From Vampirovibrio chlorellavorus (GTDB lineage Bacteria > Cyanobacteriota > Vampirovibrionia > Vampirovibrionales > Vampirovibrionaceae): 64,000 nucleotides of DNA. Position 1 is the stretch's first letter. Every line of letters starts with the position of its first letter. The position numbers and the translations under genes were made by a program. Under the pieces are notes generated by a model. It made no database searches. It saw nothing but the letters and a program-made list of their open reading frames with translations, and had not been told where the DNA came from. The stretch lies in contig CAIPMU010000004.1 of the NCBI GenBank assembly GCA_903866275.1, positions 3,812-67,811 on the forward strand, written 5' to 3'. Shown piece after piece: positions 50,218 to 60,021 of the stretch.

Positions 50218-50835
50218 ATGCTCCGATTTCGTCACATGGGCTGGTTATTGCTGACCTGTCTCTGGCTTTGCAACGTGAGCATAGCCCCTGCCCTCGACGT
50301 GAGCCTGTCTTCCACTAACGATGTAGGGGAAGCGACCCAGTTCTTCAAAGAAGTGGCGTTGAAATCCAAAAATCCGGTCATCGCACAAATGGCCCGAGAC
50401 AGCCTGTTACAACTGCAAACCATCAAAACGGTTCCCGTCAGTTCAAAACATCAGGCCACCGCCGAAGTGGCGCTACTACCCCAGTACGATCATACCTTTG
50501 TGGTGCCTGCCACCGTCAATCGGCAGTACCTAGCCACCTTTCTCATCGATACCGGAGCCAGCTATACCGTTATTACGCCCAAAATGGCCAAAACCCTTGG
50601 CATTACAATCAGCGCAGATAGCCCGACTGTACCCGTTACAACAGCCAATGGCATCTTGCACGCGCCGGTCGTTCGACTTAAGCATGTTTCACTGGGGGGC
50701 TTACAAGTAGATAACGTTGATGCCGTGGTGACCGAACTGGGGGACTCGCCTCAACTGTCCGGTCTTCTCGGCATGAGCTTTTTTCAGGGGATGGATCTTT
50801 CCTTCAAGCAGGATCGTCTGGTCATTAGTCATTAG
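50218..50835 (+). CDS. Secreted retropepsin-like (clan AA) aspartic protease
   Basis: Signal peptide, FLIDTGAS, TANG, LLGMSFF; ATG 50218 preferred over the track start. Confidence 0.88.
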   Translation: MLRFRHMGWLLLTCLWLCNVSIAPALDVSLSSTNDVGEATQFFKEVALKSKNPVIAQMARDSLLQLQTIKTVPVSSKHQATAEVALLPQYDHTFVVPATVNRQYLATFLIDTGASYTVITPKMAKTLGITISADSPTVPVTTANGILHAPVVRLKHVSLGGLQVDNVDAVVTELGDSPQLSGLLGMSFFQGMDLSFKQDRLVISH

Positions 50836-51096
50836 TTTCAAATAACACTTATCCATGAACAGCTTCAACCTGTCAGGCTTTCATTACCAAGACAGTGGAT
50901 ACTGATTGTGGTAAAAACCTGAAAAAACGACAGGGAAACAGTGTCCGCTCAGCTGAACAGTATAAATCTTGTCCCCAAAAGTGTCGGCAAGAACATGTAC
51001 AATCGTGCAAAAAAAATAATTATAACCATATGTTCATGCAGGGCTAAGTTTATATGGTCAAAACATCTCTTTTATAGTTAAATTATGCAATAGATT

Positions 51097-54000
51097 ATGT
51101 TTAACTCATTCGCCACAGAAATTAAAACTCAACACATCCTGATCATTGAGGATAGCCCCTCCCAGAGGCTATCTGTTCGGGATTATTTGGGCATTGATGA
51201 TGAAATCAGCTATAAGATTGAAGTCCAGTCAGCGCACTCAGATATTCTGGATAAACTTCAGGACCATCCTGCTGATTGTTTGATTCTGGATATAGAGTCC
51301 ATTGCCGATGCAGCAGCCTTCTGGCAGACCCAGTGGCAGGAACTAGGATTATCGAAACGGATGGCGCTGGTTGTACTGGCCAACCCGTTACATCGGGACA
51401 CCATTCACACATGGCTCCATGCAGGCGCTATCGACTGGATCGATACATCGGCATTGTCACCGGTCTATGTGCAACATGTGGTACGCTCTGCACTGGAAAA
51501 ACACGTGTTGCTGAGGGAACGTGAGGTTTCTCAGCAAAATCAGGAAATTGCTACTCGACAACTGGATAATCTGAATCGATTAATTCTGGAACGGGAGGCG
51601 TTGTTTCGGCGCATAGCGGATTCTTCCCCATCAGGTTGGTGGATTACAGACCCCGAGGGCAAAATTACCTTTGTCAATCAAGCCTGGAAAAGCATAACCG
51701 GCCTGAATGAGACAGACAGTCTAGGGACTGCCTGGAAACAATTGATCCATCCCGAGCAACAGCAATCCATGATGGAACTATGGCAGCAAACCACAGAACG
51801 CAAGCAATGCATCGAGACCCACTGCCGACTCCGGTTTCAGGATGGCTATTATCACTGGTGTCTTATCAAGGCTCTGCCGTGGTTTTTAAGTACCGGAGAA
51901 TTCGCAGGCTACAACGTCTTCATTCTGGACGTCAACGAGCGAATTGAAATTGAGCAAGCGTTAAAAGCCAATGAAACCCGTTGGCACATGTTGGCCAACC
52001 TGATGCCTGCGATGGTCTGGATAGCGGACCTGAATGGCTCGGTTGAATTCTATAATGAGCAATCCTATCGCTATACCGGTTTGAGTAAAGCAGAAGCGCT
52101 TGGGAGCGGATGGAAGCAAGTGCTCCATCCCGAAGATCTGCCACGTTTCAATGAAACCTGGCAAAAGGCCTATCAGCAGCAAGCCGCCTATGAAATTGAG
52201 CTTCGGTATCGCCGCTACGATGGGGAGTATCGTTGGTTCATCACGCGCGCCGTCCCTCGGTTTTCGGAACAGGGCGAATTATTGCAGTATTATGGCACCA
52301 GTATTGATGTTCATGATCGCCATTTGGCGGAAGACGCCCTGCGGCAGAGCGAGCAACACTTGCGCCGATTACTGGAATCCAACCTGATTGGGATTTTTAC
52401 CTGGCGTCTGGATGGCCAGATTCTGGATTGCAACGAAGCCTTTCTGGAAATTGTGGGAGCAACTCGAAAACAGCTCGACGCCGGACAGTTGAACTGGCAA
52501 ACACTGACCCCGCCCCAATGGGTGGCGAATGACCAGATTCCCCTCAGCCAGCTGAGTAACACCGGTATTTGCGAACCCTTCGAAAAACAATACCTCTTGC
52601 CTGATGGTGCTCTGGTCGATGTACTCATCAAGGCGGCCATGCTGGATGGTTCATCAGAGGAAGGGGTAGCCTTCGTCATGGACATAACCGAACGCAAGAA
52701 GAGTGAGCAGCAACTGGCCAGTCATGGTCGTCAACAGGAAGTCATTGCCCAACTCAGCCAGGTTGGTCTGGAGAACGTTGATCTACACGAATTTATGCAA
52801 CTCACCCTGCACGTCCTCACAGAGACACTCGGACATCCCTTCAGTAAAGTGATTCGGCTCCAGCCTGACAATCAATCCTTTAAGCTAGAGGTTAGCACCG
52901 GTTGGCCCCTGGAACTTCAGAGTCTCCTGAATCCTGATCAGCAAACTGATGAGTTGATGAAATTTCTGCTGAATCAAAACCAGCCCTTTGTGTATTCCAG
53001 CCACTTAAATGAGTGTTATTTCAGCAAGAATCCTGCACTCTCTCGACTCGGTATCCGGAGCGGCATTTCAGTCAGCATATCCATCAAGGGCAAGCCTTGG
53101 GGGATTCTCACAGCCTATACTCAATCAGATCACACCTATAACGACAGTGATATTAACTTTGTACAGGGTGTTGTGAATATTCTGGCGTCATTCATTGAAC
53201 GTCGGGAAGCCTTTGAGGCACTTCGCAGGAGCGAAAGCAACCTGAAACGGCTCATTGATTCCAATATCATTGGCATCATCTATTGGGATTTAAACGGAAG
53301 CATTATCAACTGCAACGACGCTTTTCTGGAGATGCTGGGCTATACGCGCTTGGACCTGACATCAGGGCATCTTAACTGGCAACATTTAACCCCGCCGGAA
53401 TGGCAACGTATTGATGAAGAAGGGGTCCAGGCCATTCATAGAACAGGTACTGTGCAACCCATGCAAAAGCAGTACTTCCACAAGAATGGTCACCGGGTGG
53501 ATGTGATTCTGGGTGGTTATCGCTTTGAAGGCTCTGAAATGCAAGGCATATCTTATGTCCTGGATATTAGCCGCCAAAAACAGGTTGAACGAGATCTTCA
53601 GGCCAGCGAGGCTCGATTCCGGCAAGTGCTTGAATCGAACATGATCGGTATTGTCTTCAGTCGGTTAGATGGCACTATCCTGAATGCCAACGACGCCTTT
53701 CTGCAGATGATAGGGTATACACAGTCTGATTTAGAACAACATCAACTGAACTGGCGATCGTTAACCTCCCCTGAATATGTTGATGTAGACATTGATATTG
53801 CCAATACGCTCGCAGTGGGGAAAAATGCCCCTCTGCATGAGAAGCAATACATTCACAGGACAGGGCACCGGGTGGACGTTATCCTGGGGGTCGGTAAACT
53901 GTCGGATGAACCTGCTGAATTTGTGGCATTTGTACTGGACGTTTCCGAGAAAAAGCAAATCGAACGCGCCTTGGCCGAAAGCGAAGAGCGATTTCGCTCC

Positions 54001-55122
54001 ATGGCGGATGCATCTCCGATTATGATTATGCTGTGCGATCATCAGGATAAACTGGTTTACTACAATCAAGCCATGACAGAATTTACAGGCAAAACACTGG
54101 AAGAGGCCAAACAGCATGGTTGGGAATCTGCCTTACTGGCTGAAGATCTGAGTTCATTTCTGGAAATGCGAAAACTGGCGTCGGTAAAACGGCAAGTCGA
54201 ACGACAAGAGCTCCGCATGATTGGTCACGATGGCCATCCACGCTGGATTTTAATGTCCTGCGTAGCCCGATATACCGACAATTCATACATCGGTTCAATG
54301 TGCTCCATGATTGACATTCACGACCGTAAGGTCATGGAAATTGAATTAAGATGTGCCAAAGAGCAGGCGGAAACGGCCAATCGCAAGAAGAGCGAATTTC
54401 TGGCCATGATGTCTCATGAATTAAGAACCCCATTAAACGCCATTATCGGCTATTCCCGGATGATTGAAAATGGTATGGCGGGCCCTATCGTAGAACGTCA
54501 ACGTCAGTATCTGCAAAATGTGGGAATTAGTGGACATCACTTACTGAACCTGATCAACGACCTTCTGGATGTTTCCAAGGTTGAAGCGGGCAAAATGCAG
54601 CTGGATCTGTGTCGATTCTCTCTGGCTCCCCTGGTGACTGAAGTAAAACGGATGATGCAAGAACTGGCGAAACAACATGAATTATCCTTGTATTTTGAAA
54701 CTGATCCGGAACTGGATGAGATTGAAGCAGACCCAGGGCGCTTCCGGCAAATATTATTAAATTTAATCAGTAACGCGATTAAATTTAATAAGCCGCATGG
54801 TTCAGTTTGGGTTCGTCTGACTCGCGCAGCAAACGAACAAACTTTAATTGGAGAAGTGAAGGATACAGGCATTGGATTGCCCGAAGCCAAGCTCCCGGAG
54901 CTGTTTAAAAAATTCTATCAAGTGGATAATTCTGCTGCAAGACAGCATGAGGGGACTGGTCTCGGATTGGCTCTTACAAAAGACTTGATTGAACTTCATC
55001 GTGGTGAGATATTAGTGGAAAGCACAGAGGGCCTTGGCACAACCTTTCGATTTCATATTCCACTGAATTTAATCTCAAAATATCCGCCAGTGGAGCAATC
55101 GACAACCGTGACTCAGGAGTAG
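51097..55122 (+). CDS. Cytoplasmic multi-sensor histidine kinase (REC-like, 3 PAS, GAF, 3 PAS, HisKA, HATPase)
   Basis: Repeated PAS/PAC motifs, MSHELRTPLN, NLISNAIKF, DTGIG, GTGLGL. Confidence 0.95.
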   Translation: MFNSFATEIKTQHILIIEDSPSQRLSVRDYLGIDDEISYKIEVQSAHSDILDKLQDHPADCLILDIESIADAAAFWQTQWQELGLSKRMALVVLANPLHRDTIHTWLHAGAIDWIDTSALSPVYVQHVVRSALEKHVLLREREVSQQNQEIATRQLDNLNRLILEREALFRRIADSSPSGWWITDPEGKITFVNQAWKSITGLNETDSLGTAWKQLIHPEQQQSMMELWQQTTERKQCIETHCRLRFQDGYYHWCLIKALPWFLSTGEFAGYNVFILDVNERIEIEQALKANETRWHMLANLMPAMVWIADLNGSVEFYNEQSYRYTGLSKAEALGSGWKQVLHPEDLPRFNETWQKAYQQQAAYEIELRYRRYDGEYRWFITRAVPRFSEQGELLQYYGTSIDVHDRHLAEDALRQSEQHLRRLLESNLIGIFTWRLDGQILDCNEAFLEIVGATRKQLDAGQLNWQTLTPPQWVANDQIPLSQLSNTGICEPFEKQYLLPDGALVDVLIKAAMLDGSSEEGVAFVMDITERKKSEQQLASHGRQQEVIAQLSQVGLENVDLHEFMQLTLHVLTETLGHPFSKVIRLQPDNQSFKLEVSTGWPLELQSLLNPDQQTDELMKFLLNQNQPFVYSSHLNECYFSKNPALSRLGIRSGISVSISIKGKPWGILTAYTQSDHTYNDSDINFVQGVVNILASFIERREAFEALRRSESNLKRLIDSNIIGIIYWDLNGSIINCNDAFLEMLGYTRLDLTSGHLNWQHLTPPEWQRIDEEGVQAIHRTGTVQPMQKQYFHKNGHRVDVILGGYRFEGSEMQGISYVLDISRQKQVERDLQASEARFRQVLESNMIGIVFSRLDGTILNANDAFLQMIGYTQSDLEQHQLNWRSLTSPEYVDVDIDIANTLAVGKNAPLHEKQYIHRTGHRVDVILGVGKLSDEPAEFVAFVLDVSEKKQIERALAESEERFRSMADASPIMIMLCDHQDKLVYYNQAMTEFTGKTLEEAKQHGWESALLAEDLSSFLEMRKLASVKRQVERQELRMIGHDGHPRWILMSCVARYTDNSYIGSMCSMIDIHDRKVMEIELRCAKEQAETANRKKSEFLAMMSHELRTPLNAIIGYSRMIENGMAGPIVERQRQYLQNVGISGHHLLNLINDLLDVSKVEAGKMQLDLCRFSLAPLVTEVKRMMQELAKQHELSLYFETDPELDEIEADPGRFRQILLNLISNAIKFNKPHGSVWVRLTRAANEQTLIGEVKDTGIGLPEAKLPELFKKFYQVDNSAARQHEGTGLGLALTKDLIELHRGEILVESTEGLGTTFRFHIPLNLISKYPPVEQSTTVTQE

Positions 55123-55128
55123 TTCTTT

Positions 55129-56373
55129 ATGGCCAATAAATCAACAATACTGCTTATTGAAGATAATCAATTTAATATGGCAATGGCCAGAGATCTACTT
55201 CATCTGGCTGGATTCGACACAATTGAAGCTGAAGATGCGGATAGGGGTCTACAGCTGGCGAAAGCCCTTCACCCGGATTTGATTTTAATGGATATGCATT
55301 TGCCAGTACTGGATGGTTATGAAGCTACCCGGCGAATTAAAACCATGCCTGAAACTGAAAAAATTCCGGTTGTCGCCTTCACCGCCCTCGCGATGGAGGA
55401 TGAACAGCAGAAGGCTTTTCAAAGCGGCTGCAGTGGCCTCATTAGCAAGCCCATTGATGTTGATACATTTGCTCAGAGTGTTGCCAGCTACTTGCTAGCG
55501 GATATGTCTGGTCGATTAAAAATCGGCAAGGATACATTAAAATCAGAAAGTCAGTCATCGAGCGAGCCAAGATCTCAGGCCTGCGAGGCCCATGATTTGC
55601 AGCAGAATGATCTGTCAGAAAGAAACGCTCACCTTCTTCAGGAACGTGAGCGGGATCTGGAGACGTTTTTATATCGGGTTTCGCACGATTTGCAGTCTCC
55701 CCTGCGTAAGATTCGCCAATTCAGTAAATTTTTGAAAGAGGGCGCCAAGACGGAATTAACCGCTGAAAACTATCAACTGCTCGTTGCTCTGGATCGTTCG
55801 GCAGAACAGATGTATGACTTATTATCCGATCTGCTGCAACTGGCCCGTATTCAATCCGCGGAGACAAATCCTGGGAACTTTAAACTAATTCAGGCAGTCC
55901 AGGCAGCCATGCAAATCAATCTCTCCGCCATTGAAGCCCTAGAGGCCCAATTTGATCTCAATCAGCTAGATCCCGAGCTATCGATTGAAGGCAATTACGG
56001 GCAATGGGTTCAGCTGTTCAGCCAGCTATTCCAAAATTCACTGAAATTCCATGCCCCGAATAATAGACCGTACATTGCACTAGAAAGTCACTCCCTTGCG
56101 AATCATCCACACTGGATTTCCTTAAGTATTCGAGACAACGGCATTGGTTTACGGCAGGATCAGGCAGATAAGATTTTTGAACCCATGCAGCGCCTACACG
56201 GCGTATCTAAATACAGTGGTACAGGACTTGGGCTGGCCATCGTGAAAAAAATTGTGGATGTGCATCACGGCAGTATCCGGGTTGTCAGCCAGCCAGAACA
56301 AGGTGCAACCTTTGTGGTGGAGGTTCCGCTCAAAACCGAGAACGCAATCCCATCTATTCCTTGCCAAGTTTAA
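55129..56373 (+). CDS. Receiver-histidine kinase hybrid
   Basis: LLIED...PDLILMDMHLP...SKP receiver; SHDLQSPL, NSLKF, DNGIG, GTGLGL. Confidence 0.93.
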   Translation: MANKSTILLIEDNQFNMAMARDLLHLAGFDTIEAEDADRGLQLAKALHPDLILMDMHLPVLDGYEATRRIKTMPETEKIPVVAFTALAMEDEQQKAFQSGCSGLISKPIDVDTFAQSVASYLLADMSGRLKIGKDTLKSESQSSSEPRSQACEAHDLQQNDLSERNAHLLQERERDLETFLYRVSHDLQSPLRKIRQFSKFLKEGAKTELTAENYQLLVALDRSAEQMYDLLSDLLQLARIQSAETNPGNFKLIQAVQAAMQINLSAIEALEAQFDLNQLDPELSIEGNYGQWVQLFSQLFQNSLKFHAPNNRPYIALESHSLANHPHWISLSIRDNGIGLRQDQADKIFEPMQRLHGVSKYSGTGLGLAIVKKIVDVHHGSIRVVSQPEQGATFVVEVPLKTENAIPSIPCQV

Positions 56374-56435
56374 ACCACATCCGGGTATAGGCTATTGTTC
56401 AAAAATCCAGATTACTTGAAATCTGGAGGAGCATC

Positions 56436-56741
56436 CTACTCTGCAGGTAAGCTATTACCATCATCTTTCTCTTCTTCCAGAACCTTTAGAGCCTCCAGTA
56501 GAACCGGAGCCCCAAACTCATCAATAGCCTTCCAGGCCTTGAGGCGGTTCGTGGATAAGTGCACATGCTCGGATTTACCGAGACGCTCCAGCATATCGTC
56601 AGACAAGGCGCGATTGGCACGCTTGTATGCCCGGTACTGGGCTGGGTCGATACCAGCCTCCAGGAGTATGCGATGCTTTTTGAGCCCTTTGATGCGTTCT
56701 ATTTCCAGAAACAGGGCTTCTATCCTGTCAAACAAAGTCAT
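56436..56741 (-). CDS. Small XRE-like HTH protein
   Basis: AGIDPAQYRAYKRANRALSDDMLERL HTH-like pattern; AAGG upstream. Confidence 0.62.
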   Translation of the reverse strand: MTLFDRIEALFLEIERIKGLKKHRILLEAGIDPAQYRAYKRANRALSDDMLERLGKSEHVHLSTNRLKAWKAIDEFGAPVLLEALKVLEEEKDDGNSLPAE

Positions 56742-57224
56742 AGTTTGTCGAAGGACCTTCTCTCTTTGATTACTGTTGCAAATTGGGGGTAATGTACATT
56801 TTTATTATGGTCTACTCTGAAGAGAAAAACGAGGTCAGCACTGGACAGGATAACTATGTCCCTCCCTTTCACCCTGCACCATCTCGATTTACAAGTTTTA
56901 GTTTCCAATAATGCAAAGTCACATAGTTGTTTTGGCTACAGAACTTAGGGTAATCCCAAGTCAATTGGAGATAAAATACCATTTCAAATGTATTAAACTT
57001 AAAAAACAAAATCAAAAAAGTCTATTAGCCACATAGGGAATAGAAAAAAATATGAAATGAGATAACAATACCCCCGAAAAGCACATTAAATTGCAAAATT
57101 GTCATTTTCCAACCATCACCAAATTAATATTCACACCGTAAAGTCCCTGTAGCGCTTGAATGATAGCGAACAGAACCTGATACAATTTTTTAGTGGAAAG
57201 TCTGGTTTATCAAATATTGGCACT

Positions 57225-57257
57225 AAAAAGGTCAAATCTGGTTGATTTGACCTTTTT
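57225..57257. terminator. Bidirectional intrinsic terminator
   Basis: AAAAAGGTCAAATC-N5-GATTTGACCTTTTT. Confidence 0.85.
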
Positions 57258-57288
57258 GGTTTTATGAAAAAAAGTGGCGCTTATTTTT

Positions 57289-59337
57289 CTAGGGTTGAGG
57301 TGGTAGAACGCTGGTTTTATTGCCTTCTGCAATTTCTTTCAGCATTTGAACCACCACATCACCGGCCTGTAGTTTACCGTCGCTGATGCGATCCAATAGC
57401 GCCTGAGCGATGGTTGCATCGACCCCGGAACGCTCCAGCAAGCCTTTGGCCTCCTGCTCGGAAGCACCCGCAGGTCTACCAGATGCCAGCAGTCGAGTAT
57501 ATTCACGCAGCGCCAGACTCAGAATTTCCTGAGTGACGGAGCTGTAGGTTTTGGCGAGAAACATTTTGCTTTGTCCCAGGGCCAGCATCAACGGGGGAAC
57601 CTGATTGTTCACCGGTTCGTTAAACACGGGCCGGTTCTGCTGGAAAAGCCCGTTCAGGTCGCTCAAGAGATTGATGGGGCCACCGGGAGGAGTCGGAACA
57701 TCCGGCGGAACGATAGGCCCGCCACCATCCGAGCAACCCGTGGCACAAAAGCCAACATGGGTAAAGTCGTAAACGCCAATATCACCGTGATTACCGTCAT
57801 CTCCGTTAGAGGCATTCCCGAGGGTCTGCGAGAAGCCATGACCCGCGAGGCCACCGAGGCCACCTTCCTGAGACAGTAATCCCACCGGACCGGTCACAGG
57901 GGCGCTACCGCCAGTAAAGTCGATGTTGCCACCGTCACTGCCATTGCCACCATCAGCGCCAAAGGCCCATGAATGTTGAGCTGCGGTATTGGTGGCAATC
58001 GCATCGCCGCCATTCCCGCCATTACCACCAATAGAAAAGATAGAACCGTTGTTGTGGAAGACGGTGCCATACTGGAAGTCAATATTGCCGCCGTCGCCAC
58101 CGTTACCACCATCCTTACCCACAGCATTTTCCTCGACGTGTGAGGAAGGTGTTGTTGTAACGGACGTCGTACTGTATGTGGTGGGTGCATCCGGATTGTG
58201 CACAGTGGACGGCTGACCATCGGTGGTGGGCGCATCCGGGTTGGGCAAAGTAGACAGCTCACCATAAGTGGTGGGGGCATCGCCACCCTGACCACCGTTA
58301 TTGGCGATTGTGCCATTGTTTTCGATGCCACACTTGGCGGTTAGAGAAATATAGCCACCATCGCCGCCGTTACCACCGTCATCGGTGCCACCTTCACCAT
58401 CTGCGCCGGTCTGGCCGTTTCCGCCGTTGGTCACAATCGCACCGTCATTTCCGAGACGAATCCAGCCGTCGTAATTGTTCACACGCAGACTGGCATCCCG
58501 AGCGACCAGATTGGCCTGATGATCACTCATAAAACTGGCGCTGCTCAATAGGGCACTATCCACCGCAGTGGAGTCGCCTTTTGCCAGGAGGGTAATTGTG
58601 CCGCCATCACTGCCGTTGCCGCTCGGCGTGGTGGCATTCACCCCGTTGGCCACCAGAATGCCTTCCAGATTGATCAGGCCGCCTTCAATGCGAATCAGGG
58701 TGGTGTCGTAGTTGCCCACAATTTTACCGCTGGCATCCACAATTGAGCCTGGCTGGAAATCGAATACCCCATGGCTGCTGGCGTTGCCCAACTCGATAAT
58801 ACCGCCGCTGCCGCCGTGTCCTTGGGCGGTAATAGAACCGGCAGGGCCCAAGGTCATCGCGCCGACGTTAAACTGAATATGGCCGCCATTGATCCCGCTG
58901 GCGTAAACTTGACCGTTTTGATAAAGATACGCGGCATCTACGGAAATGTGCCCACCGTTCCCAATATAGGCGCCACCACTGGATAGTGCGTCTGCATCGA
59001 TCTTTCCATCAATACGAACCACCTGTCCGGGGGCGGAAAAATGCAGCCAGCCACCATTCCCGGTTAGGCTCCCGGTGGGGTCGGCGCTGTTGCTCACTTC
59101 CCGGCCAATCACCGTTGTGCTGGGTCCAATATATAGCCCGGTGCCTGCGGTGTTGGTAAAGGTGGTCTTATCGCCGGGGGTGTTGTAGTAAGTACCGCCG
59201 GCTACATTTTGGCCATTATTGGTGGAGTTCACATCACCGGGGTTGGCCAGGACAAGCCCCGAAGAGGCCAGTAAACTAACACTGATTGCCAATGAGGCAG
59301 GAGCCAACAAGCGTTTTAAAGATTGACGTGTGAGCAT
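57289..59337 (-). CDS. TpsA-like secreted Gly/Asn-rich beta-helix protein
   Basis: Signal peptide; repeated GNGG-x-I and I-x-A-x-G units; AGGAGG SD; divergent from TpsB-family gene. Confidence 0.75.
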   Translation of the reverse strand: MLTRQSLKRLLAPASLAISVSLLASSGLVLANPGDVNSTNNGQNVAGGTYYNTPGDKTTFTNTAGTGLYIGPSTTVIGREVSNSADPTGSLTGNGGWLHFSAPGQVVRIDGKIDADALSSGGAYIGNGGHISVDAAYLYQNGQVYASGINGGHIQFNVGAMTLGPAGSITAQGHGGSGGIIELGNASSHGVFDFQPGSIVDASGKIVGNYDTTLIRIEGGLINLEGILVANGVNATTPSGNGSDGGTITLLAKGDSTAVDSALLSSASFMSDHQANLVARDASLRVNNYDGWIRLGNDGAIVTNGGNGQTGADGEGGTDDGGNGGDGGYISLTAKCGIENNGTIANNGGQGGDAPTTYGELSTLPNPDAPTTDGQPSTVHNPDAPTTYSTTSVTTTPSSHVEENAVGKDGGNGGDGGNIDFQYGTVFHNNGSIFSIGGNGGNGGDAIATNTAAQHSWAFGADGGNGSDGGNIDFTGGSAPVTGPVGLLSQEGGLGGLAGHGFSQTLGNASNGDDGNHGDIGVYDFTHVGFCATGCSDGGGPIVPPDVPTPPGGPINLLSDLNGLFQQNRPVFNEPVNNQVPPLMLALGQSKMFLAKTYSSVTQEILSLALREYTRLLASGRPAGASEQEAKGLLERSGVDATIAQALLDRISDGKLQAGDVVVQMLKEIAEGNKTSVLPPQP
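58175..58285 (-). repeat. Intragenic DAPTT repeat x3
   Basis: GGDAPTTY / NPDAPTTD / NPDAPTTY; DNA unit GTGGTGGGxGCATC three times at 45-nt spacing. Confidence 0.7.
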
Positions 59338-60021
59338 GGGGGTGAAATAACCTCCTAAATGAAAGTAAAAGTAAGCTTCAAACGGTAAATAACTTCTAAA
59401 AAGCCAATGTGAACAGGATTTGGAGTCGTTGGATCTGACTAGAAAGATGACTCAGCCAAGGAAAATCTCAAGCGGCACTCTAACGTGATATATACTCTTC
59501 GCTGTTTGTGAACCTCAACATGTTTGCTGGATACTCTACCCTAAAGGTGCAAAAAAATCTAAAATTGCCTCGTCCACAAACAATCTTTTTCATGGGGTCA
59601 GTCTGCTGGCCCAAAGAAGCGGCATGAGTTGGCGCACGTCGCCCCTGGCATGCCTGTGTTTAAGGGCAACTCCTCCAGGACTCTTCTTTAAATCTCTCAT
59701 CGTCAACCCGGCAGATTTCAGAAAAATTACTGTTGAGTGTGGACTCACTCATGCTATTTCTGGTATGACTTTACAAGAATTTGGTTTCACAAGCAGAGAT
59801 CTTGTATTTATTAGTTTATAAGAACAACTAACAGTAGTACAATATCAGTAAGAGGCAAGAAATTTAGAAATCAGGTCTGACTGTCACGCGACGACCACTA
59901 GAACCTTCATATTCAGTTTAAAAGTTCAGACAGCCAGAACCCTATTCCCCAAACCCAGGATTCTCAGGGGCAACAATCTCGGAGTCGCACCGCTTTACCG
60001 TTTTATCAACGCCATAGGTAG

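Noticed and set aside
59624-59821. 65-aa ORF between tpsA and tpsB
   Set aside because: No clear SD or motif; likely a chance ORF in the divergent promoter region
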